From Patescibacteria group bacterium (GTDB lineage Bacteria > Patescibacteriota > Minisyncoccia > UBA6257 > GWB1-50-10), in the NCBI GenBank assembly GCA_023380415.1, contig JAMCRC010000025.1, positions 1 through 56,238 on the forward strand: DNA of 56,238 nt, written 5' to 3'. The translations under genes were made by a program, and so were the position numbers. Positions 43,315 through 51,286 of the stretch are shown here, in pieces; within the stretch, counting starts at the first letter, position 1; each line of letters starts with the position of its first letter. The notes below the pieces were generated by a model. The model was not told the origin of the DNA. It did not search any database and saw only the letters and a program-made list of their open reading frames with translations.

Positions 43315-43554
43315 GTGGAATTCGCCATAAAAAACAAGGCGGTCCGGGGAGAGAGGCCCGAGGTTTTCGCGTCGGTCGGCAAGGCGGTATTTAAAAAAGC
43401 GGTCGAGCGCAATCTCCTGAAACGCCGCCTTAGGGCCATATTACTACCGATTGCCAGAGCCAAGAGGACCGATATCACGGTATACGTCAAAGGCGGGGCG
43501 GAGCAGCTTGATTTTGCGGAACTAAGGACGAGGGTTATAAATTCTATCAAGTAA
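43315..43554 (+). CDS. rnpA: ribonuclease P protein component (minimal, 79 aa)
   Basis: GTG start 3 nt after the rpmH stop. RNR motif KKAVERNLLKRRLRAIL. Canonical rpmH-rnpA-yidC synteny. Confidence 0.8.
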   Translation: MEFAIKNKAVRGERPEVFASVGKAVFKKAVERNLLKRRLRAILLPIARAKRTDITVYVKGGAEQLDFAELRTRVINSIK

Positions 43555-43555
43555 A

Positions 43556-44221
43556 ATGGGTGCCATATTCAACTCCGTAATCTACTTGCCGATATTGTCG
43601 GTCTTGAAGTTCCTTTACCTGAATGTGTCTTTTGGGGACCTTGGGGTCGCCATCTTCGTCCTCACCGTGATCGTCCGCCTCGTCCTCCTCCCCCTTTTCT
43701 ATAAGGGGGCCAAAGACCAGACGATCCTTCAGCGCCTTCAGCCGCACATCCGGAAGATCCAATTGGACCACAAAGACGATAAGGAGAAGCAGGCGCGAGC
43801 GATGATGGACCTTTACAAGACGAATCGCGTAAACCCGTTCTCGGGATTCCTTCTTCTTCTCGTCCAACTTCCCATATTCATCGCTCTCTTCGAGATATTC
43901 ACTACCGGAATAAAATCCAACATTTTCACGAATCCAGCCCTTTTCGGCCTAAGTTTGAGCGCTCCAAGCTACCTTATGGCGGTTCTCGCCGCGCTTCTCC
44001 AGTACTTCCAGGGGAAAATGGCAATGCCGGCCGGTAAGTCAATGGAAGCGACCCAGAAAGTTATGGTCGTCGTAGGCCCCCTCGTGACCATCCTTGTCCT
44101 CGGGAACCTGCCCGCGGCCCTGAGTTGGTATTGGACGGTGTCGAACTTGTTTTCTTTGGGGCAACAGTTCTATATTAATAAAAAACTGCCACCCCTGCCG
44201 GATGTGGCATCCACCAAATAA
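43556..44221 (+). CDS. yidC: membrane protein insertase YidC (short, Gram-positive type)
   Basis: 221 aa with 5 TM helices. LLPLFYKGAKDQ..., MMDLYKTNRVNPFSGFLLLLVQLPIF. Confidence 0.9.
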   Translation: MGAIFNSVIYLPILSVLKFLYLNVSFGDLGVAIFVLTVIVRLVLLPLFYKGAKDQTILQRLQPHIRKIQLDHKDDKEKQARAMMDLYKTNRVNPFSGFLLLLVQLPIFIALFEIFTTGIKSNIFTNPALFGLSLSAPSYLMAVLAALLQYFQGKMAMPAGKSMEATQKVMVVVGPLVTILVLGNLPAALSWYWTVSNLFSLGQQFYINKKLPPLPDVASTK

Positions 44222-44230
44222 TCCAATCAA

Positions 44231-44659
44231 ATGGACCTCAAAGAACAAGTTCAATCTTTGATCGCTAGAATGGGCTTCCCGGACGCCCAGGTTTCGGTCG
44301 ATGACGAGCACCATAAGATATCGGTGGTTATAGACGACGAGGCCGTCCGGGCCCAACTCCCATCGCTCCTGCCGGCCCTGGAGCACCTCGTGAACCTGAT
44401 CCTCCGGAAGGTAAAGTCGCCATCGTATGTCGTAGATCTGAACTACTACCGTCGGGAGCGCGAGCGGCTCATTATCGAGCTCGCCAAAGCAGCGGCTAAA
44501 AAAGCGGCGATGACCAAGGGGGAGGTCGCGCTGCCGCCGATGAACGCCTATGAACGGCGCCTGGTCCATGTGGAGATATCGACCAACCCCGATCTAATGA
44601 CGGAGAGCATCGGTGCCGGGAAGGACCGTCATATCGTCATTCAACCGACCAATCTCTAG
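44231..44659 (+). CDS. jag: Jag/KhpB-like KH + R3H RNA-binding protein
   Basis: 142 aa. R3H region MNAYERRLVHVEIS. Synteny after yidC. Confidence 0.85.
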   Translation: MDLKEQVQSLIARMGFPDAQVSVDDEHHKISVVIDDEAVRAQLPSLLPALEHLVNLILRKVKSPSYVVDLNYYRRERERLIIELAKAAAKKAAMTKGEVALPPMNAYERRLVHVEISTNPDLMTESIGAGKDRHIVIQPTNL

Positions 44660-45867
44660 TCGGAGTACTCCCCGTTCACGGCATTGCCCGGTCCGCCGGT
44701 GTTGGCGGGGACCTGTAGGGCGTACAAATATCCGTCCAGCCTATTGATGAAGTATAGATTACCCCCGGCCACAGCCGGGTCTTTTCCATCTATGGCGCCG
44801 ACGGCATTAGCCGGGACCGGCAGCGGAACGGTGCTGCCGTTCTGCGTATCTATGGCATAGAGGGCGTCGGTGGTGTAGAGCTTGTGTTCGATGTAGTCGT
44901 CCGGGAGCGAGGCGCTCTTAAAATCCTGATCGGTCGGAACGAAGCAGTATATCGTCGGCCCGGAATCGTCGGAACACTTGGATGGCAGCGTGGTGAACGG
45001 TATCGGCGCCAGGTTTTGCATAGTTTGGCTAGAAAGTATCTGGAAGCCGTTCGACGCCGAATAAGCGACCAATGTGGATCCGTTATTGACCAATTTGACC
45101 ATCAGGCCGTTCGCCGGGCCGATTATCGGGTTGATGGCGAGCGTCTTTAAATTCAAGCTCCAGACCCGGGAAGCGTAATTCGCCGCCCCCTTTTCTTCGA
45201 TAAGGAGGGTGTTGGGGGGGACAATGTCGAATTTCGTATCCAGGAAGCGGAAATCGTTGATGATTATCTTTGGTTGAGGCGGCGTCTTGGTCAGATCGAG
45301 CGACACTAGATTGATGTTCGAGCCGTTCTGGACGGTCGCGATCAGCGTCTGTGAATTACTTCCCCAGGTGGCCTGCAGGATATTCGCCGGAAGCGGGCGC
45401 CAGACCTGATCGATGGCGTCGTATATCCCCCAACTCGGGTTTTGCGGATCGCCGAAGGCGGCGAGTACGGAATTGTAATCCGGGCTGGCTTTGATGAAAT
45501 TGACGGCCGCCACTCCCTGCTGGGTGATCTGCGGGTTCTTTTGGCCCGGTTCGGCCTGCCAAACAAGGCCGTTCTGGTCCAGATAAAACACCTCCTGGGT
45601 GGCCGGATCAGTCCAGAAGAACGAAGCGGGGCGGTCGGAGACCTTGGTGAGCGTTCCGACGGAGATGCCGGACGTCGCGACCGCGGCGGTGCTTGTGGCG
45701 CCCGTGCTGGTGCTTGTGAGGCCGGCCAGGGGGAAGTATGGGGCGCTCGATGTGGATGCGCTTGGGGCAGAGGGAGATCCAGAGAACCAATTCCAGGCGA
45801 AATACACCAACAATCCCGCGACGACAATGATCGCGGCGATGACGATTATTTTGATATACGGCTTCAT
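44656..45867 (-). CDS. membrane-anchored, beta-rich extracytoplasmic protein (last gene of T4SS-like operon)
   Basis: 403 aa. N-terminal TM helix, a Ser/Thr-rich linker, then a beta-strand-rich body (possibly propeller-like). Starts 1 nt after the upstream stop. Confidence 0.65.
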   Translation of the reverse strand: MKPYIKIIVIAAIIVVAGLLVYFAWNWFSGSPSAPSASTSSAPYFPLAGLTSTSTGATSTAAVATSGISVGTLTKVSDRPASFFWTDPATQEVFYLDQNGLVWQAEPGQKNPQITQQGVAAVNFIKASPDYNSVLAAFGDPQNPSWGIYDAIDQVWRPLPANILQATWGSNSQTLIATVQNGSNINLVSLDLTKTPPQPKIIINDFRFLDTKFDIVPPNTLLIEEKGAANYASRVWSLNLKTLAINPIIGPANGLMVKLVNNGSTLVAYSASNGFQILSSQTMQNLAPIPFTTLPSKCSDDSGPTIYCFVPTDQDFKSASLPDDYIEHKLYTTDALYAIDTQNGSTVPLPVPANAVGAIDGKDPAVAGGNLYFINRLDGYLYALQVPANTGGPGNAVNGEYSD

Positions 45868-45868
45868 T

Positions 45869-47320
45869 TTAATTCGCGTTGCATCCAGCTACGGTAATAT
45901 GGACGTGGTTGGCGCTTGGATCGGTGCAGCTCACTATCCCCGTACTGCTTTCGCAGCGCGCCCCGCTCGCCTCGGGCTGTTTCACGTATTGGCCGCAATA
46001 CTGGGCTATCCCAACGAGGAAGTTATTGGCCGCCGTCCCGTCAAAAGCGCCATTCGGGCCGCTGTTAAAATCGAAGTCCATCGCTTCCGAGCCGAGGTTG
46101 CCGGCGCTCGTCGCGGTATGGCCGGTCTGATTCCCGCCGTAATGGCAGGAATTAACGGCGTGGACGCAGAACTTCTGCCCGTTGAGCGTCGCCGGATTGC
46201 CACGGGTGTAATTGCAGATCGTATTGCCTGTTTGTTGGTAGCTGTACGGCCCGGAGGTGAAGTTCGCGAGATTATGGCTCATGATGCAGGAGAACAGGTC
46301 CGATGTATCTTGGGCGATCCCGGCGACATAACCCTGGTAGTAGTACTTGGCGCCGCATGAAGATTGGTCGTGGCAGCCGATCGCGGCTTGGAGGGCGTTC
46401 GGGTCGTATTGACCGAAACCGCTTTGGGAGCTTTGAGCGCTCGGGTTGAGGGCGATCTGTTGATCGTGCGGGTAGCAAAGCTGGAGGGTCGGATTCAGGT
46501 TTATCATGGTCGGTGTCGACGAGCTGTCGTTCGGCTGGTAGGCGTAGATCAGGCATTTGGCGCCACTGACCGGACTCCCCGAGCCGGTGAAGTAAGGGTA
46601 CATCCAAACGCGGTCCCCGGCGTCTATGGTCTCTCCCTCGTCGTAGTATTGGTGGTCGTTCGTGATGTCTATACTGCTGCTCCCCACGTAACCCACGCGG
46701 AAAGCGCAATTCAGCGTCGGATTCCCGCCCTGATCGACTGATCCTGCGCCGTCCCAAGCGGCCGCTTGAGACATGCTTGCGTATGTCGCTGTGGCGGAGA
46801 TGGTCGAAGTATTGTTCGGATTCCAGGTGCTCTGGTTCAGTGGGATACATTCGGTGTCGGCGACGGAAAGGGTCTGGGTGCTGGCTGGCTTGGGCGGCGC
46901 AGGCAGGTCCGTCCCGGGCAGATTGAGATTCGATGTTATCTTCGGATTGATGGTGGTGAGTATGAGGTAGGAGGCGAGAAGGAGGCCGACGCCGTAGAGG
47001 GCCGAAAGGATGATATCCCGCGCGTCCTCTTGGGCGCTCGTATTTCCCGCCGAGATCGTATACTTGATGCCTCCGTAGACGATCATGAGGAGGGCGAGGA
47101 GGCCCGCGATGGCGAGAGCGATCTGATAGAAGGAATTGATGAAATTCCCTATCGACGTCGACGAAGCGAGCTGATTGCAGGTTCCGAAACCGACCGGGCA
47201 CGGGAAATTAAGGTTCACGATGTCACTTTGGGCGAACGCGCTCGGCGCGGCCGTAAGGCCGACCAGGACCACGAGACCGAGCATTACAAGAGATGTTTTT
47301 AAAATAGGTCTCATGTTCAC
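45869..47320 (-). CDS. VirB2/TrbC-type T4SS pilin module fused to a Cys-rich extracellular domain
   Basis: 483 aa. Signal peptide (...APSAFA|Q). Two-TM hairpin FYQIALAIAGLLALLMIVYGGIKYTISAGNTSAQEDARDIILSALYGVGLLLASYLIL. Then ~350 aa with 16 Cys, ending NHVHITVAGCNAN. The start could be ATG 47314. Confidence 0.65.
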   Translation of the reverse strand: MNMRPILKTSLVMLGLVVLVGLTAAPSAFAQSDIVNLNFPCPVGFGTCNQLASSTSIGNFINSFYQIALAIAGLLALLMIVYGGIKYTISAGNTSAQEDARDIILSALYGVGLLLASYLILTTINPKITSNLNLPGTDLPAPPKPASTQTLSVADTECIPLNQSTWNPNNTSTISATATYASMSQAAAWDGAGSVDQGGNPTLNCAFRVGYVGSSSIDITNDHQYYDEGETIDAGDRVWMYPYFTGSGSPVSGAKCLIYAYQPNDSSSTPTMINLNPTLQLCYPHDQQIALNPSAQSSQSGFGQYDPNALQAAIGCHDQSSCGAKYYYQGYVAGIAQDTSDLFSCIMSHNLANFTSGPYSYQQTGNTICNYTRGNPATLNGQKFCVHAVNSCHYGGNQTGHTATSAGNLGSEAMDFDFNSGPNGAFDGTAANNFLVGIAQYCGQYVKQPEASGARCESSTGIVSCTDPSANHVHITVAGCNAN

Positions 47321-48015
47321 TTACCGATGATATTGAAGACGTTCACCGTTCGGCTGAATTCGAGGGGGTTTTGGATGTTTTGGGTAGTGAGCGTGACGGG
47401 CAGCATCTGCTGGCTCGATGATTGCGGGGTTCCGATATCCAACGTGAGCTGGTTACCGCTGCTCGTGACGGTCTGGCCGTTCAGCTGCCAAGTGAACTTA
47501 AGGTCCGAAAGCGAGCTCACGTTGAAGAAATAGGGCCAAGCCGTGAAGACGATCTTGCCTCCGGAGGGAATATTTTTCTGGACGGCCGGATAGTCGATGA
47601 CCGCGAAGGGCGGAGATGCCGTGATCGAGATCGAGCTGGTATTCGAGCCACTTCCGGTCTGGACTTGGACCCGGATGTTCACGAGGCCGGTCGGGTCGGG
47701 ACTCGCGGTGAAGATTATAGATTTGAGGCCGACGCCGCTTTGGATCAGATTATCATTAACAAACCAGCTCACTTGGGCCTGCCCCAAATTAACGAGGCGG
47801 TTCCCACTCAGCTCTTCTACCGAGGCCTTGACCGGGCTTCCTGGTGTGACCGAGGCCTTGCCGGGGAAATCAGCCGGGAAATAGTTCTGAGCTTGCCAGG
47901 TAATGATGACCGATGTGGCGGCCTGTCCGGCCGGGGTTTGAGCCCAGGCGAAATGGACCGCCGAGACGCCGCCGATCAGAATAGCCGCCCAAATGATTGA
48001 TTTATTCGTTCGCAT
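47317..48015 (-). CDS. secreted protein with two Ig-like/beta-sandwich repeats
   Basis: 232 aa. Signal peptide (...HFAWA|Q) and a repeated pattern (VSWFVNDNLIQSG / FTWQLNGQTVTSSG). Confidence 0.6.
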   Translation of the reverse strand: MRTNKSIIWAAILIGGVSAVHFAWAQTPAGQAATSVIITWQAQNYFPADFPGKASVTPGSPVKASVEELSGNRLVNLGQAQVSWFVNDNLIQSGVGLKSIIFTASPDPTGLVNIRVQVQTGSGSNTSSISITASPPFAVIDYPAVQKNIPSGGKIVFTAWPYFFNVSSLSDLKFTWQLNGQTVTSSGNQLTLDIGTPQSSSQQMLPVTLTTQNIQNPLEFSRTVNVFNIIGK

Positions 48016-48019
48016 CGGT

Positions 48020-48361
48020 TTAAGAGGCCAATTCCACCCCCTCCGCCTCCAGTGGGGCGTTCTTGGGATGGTTGTGCCAGTAGGCCTTGACGAGAAAGGC
48101 GCTGATCGGTCCGGGAACGAGCGGTATCAGGTCGATGGCGAACTGGATCAGGAATGATTTTAGTTTACCCGCCCCCGGATCACCCCTCCTTTTGAAGAAC
48201 CACTCCGTTCCGGTCGTCGAAGCGAAATTGAAAAGCCAGGCGGCCACGATCCCGACGAGCGTGCCGTCCAGGATATCGTTCATGATATAGAGCCCGAAAA
48301 GGAATGTGGCCAGAACAACCACCTCCGCGCCGTTTATCTTTTTGTATTCGCCCATGCCCAC
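48020..48361 (-). CDS. small integral membrane protein (113 aa)
   Basis: About 3 TM helices, tightly packed in the operon (4 nt and 9 nt spacers). Confidence 0.6.
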   Translation of the reverse strand: MGMGEYKKINGAEVVVLATFLFGLYIMNDILDGTLVGIVAAWLFNFASTTGTEWFFKRRGDPGAGKLKSFLIQFAIDLIPLVPGPISAFLVKAYWHNHPKNAPLEAEGVELAS

Positions 48362-48370
48362 CTTATTAGT

Positions 48371-50125
48371 TTATTCCTTTAGCCCTTTTATCTCCAGCAT
48401 TTGCTCGGGATTCGTGGTGATTATCTGGTCCTCGGTATACGAGGCGATGATCTTTATCGCTACGTGCTTCAATCCGGCGAAGAAAAGACCTTCGCCGACC
48501 GAGGCCTCGAGAAGGAACGCCTTTTCCCCTTCAGTGAGGCCGAAGGCCTTGGCGACCACATCGATGCTCGTCGGCGACTGTTTCAGGAGGAGCTGCAGGG
48601 ACGAGTTGGTGATTATCGGCTGGCCGTAATCTGACTTCAAAAAGTCCTCCACATCCTGGTTGATGGTCATAACGCCCAGATAGTACTTGCGGGCGCGCTT
48701 CACTAGGCCGAATAGGAATTGGGCGCTGTCCTGGTATTTCATCATGATCCAGGCCTCGTCCACGATCATTATCCTCTGCTTGAGCTCGGCCCGGATCAGG
48801 TTCCAGACGAAGTTCAAGATTATATACATCGCGATGGGGCGCAGCTCCTCCTCGAGATCGCGGATCGAGAAGACGATCAGGCGGTTCTTGATATCGACGT
48901 TCGTCGGGGCGTTGGTGAAGCCGGAATAGGACCCGTTCACGTATTTATCGAGCCGGGCCGCCATGCCCTTGCCGCCCTCGGTGCTCTGGAGGATCGTCTG
49001 AAGGTCGCCCAGAAGCGGCGGATTCAATTCCTTCAGGGACCCGAAGTTGTCGGCGGTGATGTCGCGCGAAGCGTATGTCTCGGTAATGGCTCGGTCGAGC
49101 ATCGCTTCTTCTTCCGGAGTGATCTTGCCGAGCATCAGTTTCACGAGGCCCGTCAGGTTCAGAATGTGCGATTTGAAAACGTCGGCCGGTTCCTCTCCCT
49201 CCGGAATGATCGGGATGTCGAACGGGTTGATGTGACTCTCGGAGGTGAGCGATATTTTGAAGTAGCTTCCGCCGATCGCGTTCGCCAGGTTCTGGTATTC
49301 GTTCTCCGGGTCGATGACGAGGACATCGGTACCCATCATCATCGAGCGCAGGATCTGGAGTTTGGCGGCGTACGATTTGCCGGAGCCGGATTTGGCGAAG
49401 ACGACCATGTTCGCGTTCTCCAGGGAGAATCGGTCGAAGATGATCAAGCTCTGATTGTTCAGGTTGATGCCGTAAAGGATGCCGTTCTCCGAAGAGAGCT
49501 CGGGCGACACGAAGGGGAAGAGCGATGAGGCCGGGCCGGTATTGAGGGGGGTCCGGAGGGCGAGCCTGTCCTCGCCGAGCGGCATGACCGACGTCAGGCC
49601 TTCCGTTTGGCGGAAAAGAGCGGGCTTTGCGTAGACCAGCTTGCTCTCGAGCGTGTTCACCACGGTCTCTTCGAGGGTTTTGAGATCATCCTCGGCCGGA
49701 GCGTAGAGCGTTATGTAGACCCCGACCTCGAAGAGGCGCTCACGGGCTTGCTGGAGGGCGTCTCGGAGCGTCTCGACGTCATCGTGGGCCGTCTCTAATA
49801 TCGGGTCGCGGACTATCCCCTTCGACTCTTTTTCGTTTATCTCGGCCTCGATCTGGGCCACCTTTTTCCGGAGGTTCCGGAGCGCAAGGGCCGTGTCCAT
49901 CGGATGCATGAAGATAGAGATGTCGATCATGGCCGGCAGGTTGATGATGGAGGAGAACCAGCCGCTCGTGACGAAGCGCGGATAGGTGAATATGAATATG
50001 GTCTTCGTGTAGTAGTCGCCGATCTTCAGATAATTGCTGCCGACCTCGAGTCCGGCCGGCGCAATTATGTTCGGCAGGTCTTCGTCTCCCGGCTGGTAGG
50101 CCTTGGGTAGTTTGATATTATCCAT
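48371..50125 (-). CDS. virB4: VirB4-family T4SS ATPase, C-terminal (motor) part
   Basis: Start set at ATG 50125 (MDNIKLPKAY). Walker A is VVFAKSGSGKSYAAK and Walker B is RIMIVDEAWIMM. Layout is AAA_10/DUF87-like. Confidence 0.88.
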   Translation of the reverse strand: MDNIKLPKAYQPGDEDLPNIIAPAGLEVGSNYLKIGDYYTKTIFIFTYPRFVTSGWFSSIINLPAMIDISIFMHPMDTALALRNLRKKVAQIEAEINEKESKGIVRDPILETAHDDVETLRDALQQARERLFEVGVYITLYAPAEDDLKTLEETVVNTLESKLVYAKPALFRQTEGLTSVMPLGEDRLALRTPLNTGPASSLFPFVSPELSSENGILYGINLNNQSLIIFDRFSLENANMVVFAKSGSGKSYAAKLQILRSMMMGTDVLVIDPENEYQNLANAIGGSYFKISLTSESHINPFDIPIIPEGEEPADVFKSHILNLTGLVKLMLGKITPEEEAMLDRAITETYASRDITADNFGSLKELNPPLLGDLQTILQSTEGGKGMAARLDKYVNGSYSGFTNAPTNVDIKNRLIVFSIRDLEEELRPIAMYIILNFVWNLIRAELKQRIMIVDEAWIMMKYQDSAQFLFGLVKRARKYYLGVMTINQDVEDFLKSDYGQPIITNSSLQLLLKQSPTSIDVVAKAFGLTEGEKAFLLEASVGEGLFFAGLKHVAIKIIASYTEDQIITTNPEQMLEIKGLKE

Positions 50126-50126
50126 T

Positions 50127-50780
50127 TTATTGGGCGGCGATGTCTTTTTTCTCGACGAGTTGCGGATTATAGAGATTGTAGAAGAGTTCGACGAGGTCAT
50201 CGTCCTCTAAAGGGACGGCTCGGAGGCCGATCTGGTTGAGTCCCGTGATGACCTGTTCGCTGCGGCGCCGGAGCTGTTCCAGGTTTTCCTGCAAGGTCGC
50301 TTCGGCTGCGGCTTTGGCCGAAGATTTATTGCCTCCGAAGAAAGACATCAACCCCTTGGATCCGCCGCCGGGGATGACGACCGGATCGTAGGGCACGACG
50401 GCGAAAAACGTCTTGGTGATGATGGCGTTCTCCTGAACGAAGTTACGGATGAAGTTGATGTATTCTTCGATCTGGATCTTCAGAAGCTCATTCCCCTCTT
50501 CTTCCTTGCGGGACTCCATTAGTTTCAAGTACTTGTCGACGTTGACTTTCCGCGAATGGATGAAGAATTGGACGGAGAAATCGAGCGCGTTCAGGAAGTT
50601 CTGGAACGTTCCGAGGATCAGGTTCTGCTCGTCGTCGGACTTGAGGTCGAAATTAACGCCCGAAACGATAAGGATCTGGCGCAACCCCTTGTTTTTGAGA
50701 TAGACCACGCCGTCCTTTATCGACTTCACCTCGACGAAATCCTGGGACGGCTTGGTTGGTTGTTGTTTGGTCTCGGCCAT
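50127..50780 (-). CDS. VirB4 N-terminal-domain-like protein (separate ORF)
   Basis: 217 aa. FVEVKSIKDGVVYLKNKGLRQILIVSGVNFDLKSDDEQNLILGTFQNFLNALDFSVQFFIHSRKVN matches the N-domain pattern of Gram-positive VirB4 proteins. Its stop is 1 nt before the VirB4 ATG, in a different frame. Confidence 0.65.
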   Translation of the reverse strand: MAETKQQPTKPSQDFVEVKSIKDGVVYLKNKGLRQILIVSGVNFDLKSDDEQNLILGTFQNFLNALDFSVQFFIHSRKVNVDKYLKLMESRKEEEGNELLKIQIEEYINFIRNFVQENAIITKTFFAVVPYDPVVIPGGGSKGLMSFFGGNKSSAKAAAEATLQENLEQLRRRSEQVITGLNQIGLRAVPLEDDDLVELFYNLYNPQLVEKKDIAAQ

Positions 50781-50794
50781 TTTGATCTATTTTA

Positions 50795-51286
50795 TCAATA
50801 ATCCACCCTTTTTGCCTGCTTGCGCTCTCCGGTCAGATAGACGACGGTTTCGTAACCCCGGGTCTCCCCTCCGGCGGGCGTCTTGGGGGCGAATATCCTG
50901 CCGGTCGTTACGCTCAAGGCGACGTTCTTCAGCCGCTCTTCGAGGCCCATTTTGTGGCGCAGACTGTCGATCTTGTTGAACTTGTCCAGTTCTATCGTTG
51001 TCGTGGGGTTTACCCTCTGCCAGGTATAGGTCCGCGGCTGCCAGAAGTATGAAAAGGCCGAAGCGACTATGCTTGGAAAATCCTGGCCATTTATCTTCAC
51101 GAAGGCGAAAGCGACCCCGATGAGCCCCAGGATGACGGTGGCGACTACGGCGAAGAAAAGATTGAATATCTGGAACGAGATATAGCCCAAAAGTGCCGCC
51201 CCGCCGACGTAGAAGAATTGCTGGAGGGTGAGAAAACCGACGATCTTCGGCTTCTGATCTATAAATTGGGGGACTTGGAATTCCAT
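50795..51286 (-). CDS. PrgI-family (VirB3-like) membrane protein
   Basis: 163 aa. QVPQFIDQKPKIVGFLTLQQFFYVGGAALLGYI followed by 2 TM helices, the typical PrgI N-terminal pattern. Confidence 0.7.
   Translation of the reverse strand: MEFQVPQFIDQKPKIVGFLTLQQFFYVGGAALLGYISFQIFNLFFAVVATVILGLIGVAFAFVKINGQDFPSIVASAFSYFWQPRTYTWQRVNPTTTIELDKFNKIDSLRHKMGLEERLKNVALSVTTGRIFAPKTPAGGETRGYETVVYLTGERKQAKRVDY

Noticed and set aside
50126-50200. The N-terminal extension of the VirB4 track ORF (MTSSNSSTISIIRNSSRKKTSPPNK).
   Set aside because: It overlaps the end of the upstream N-domain ORF in another frame and is low-complexity. ATG 50125 directly follows the upstream stop. It is kept in mind only as a possible frameshift site.
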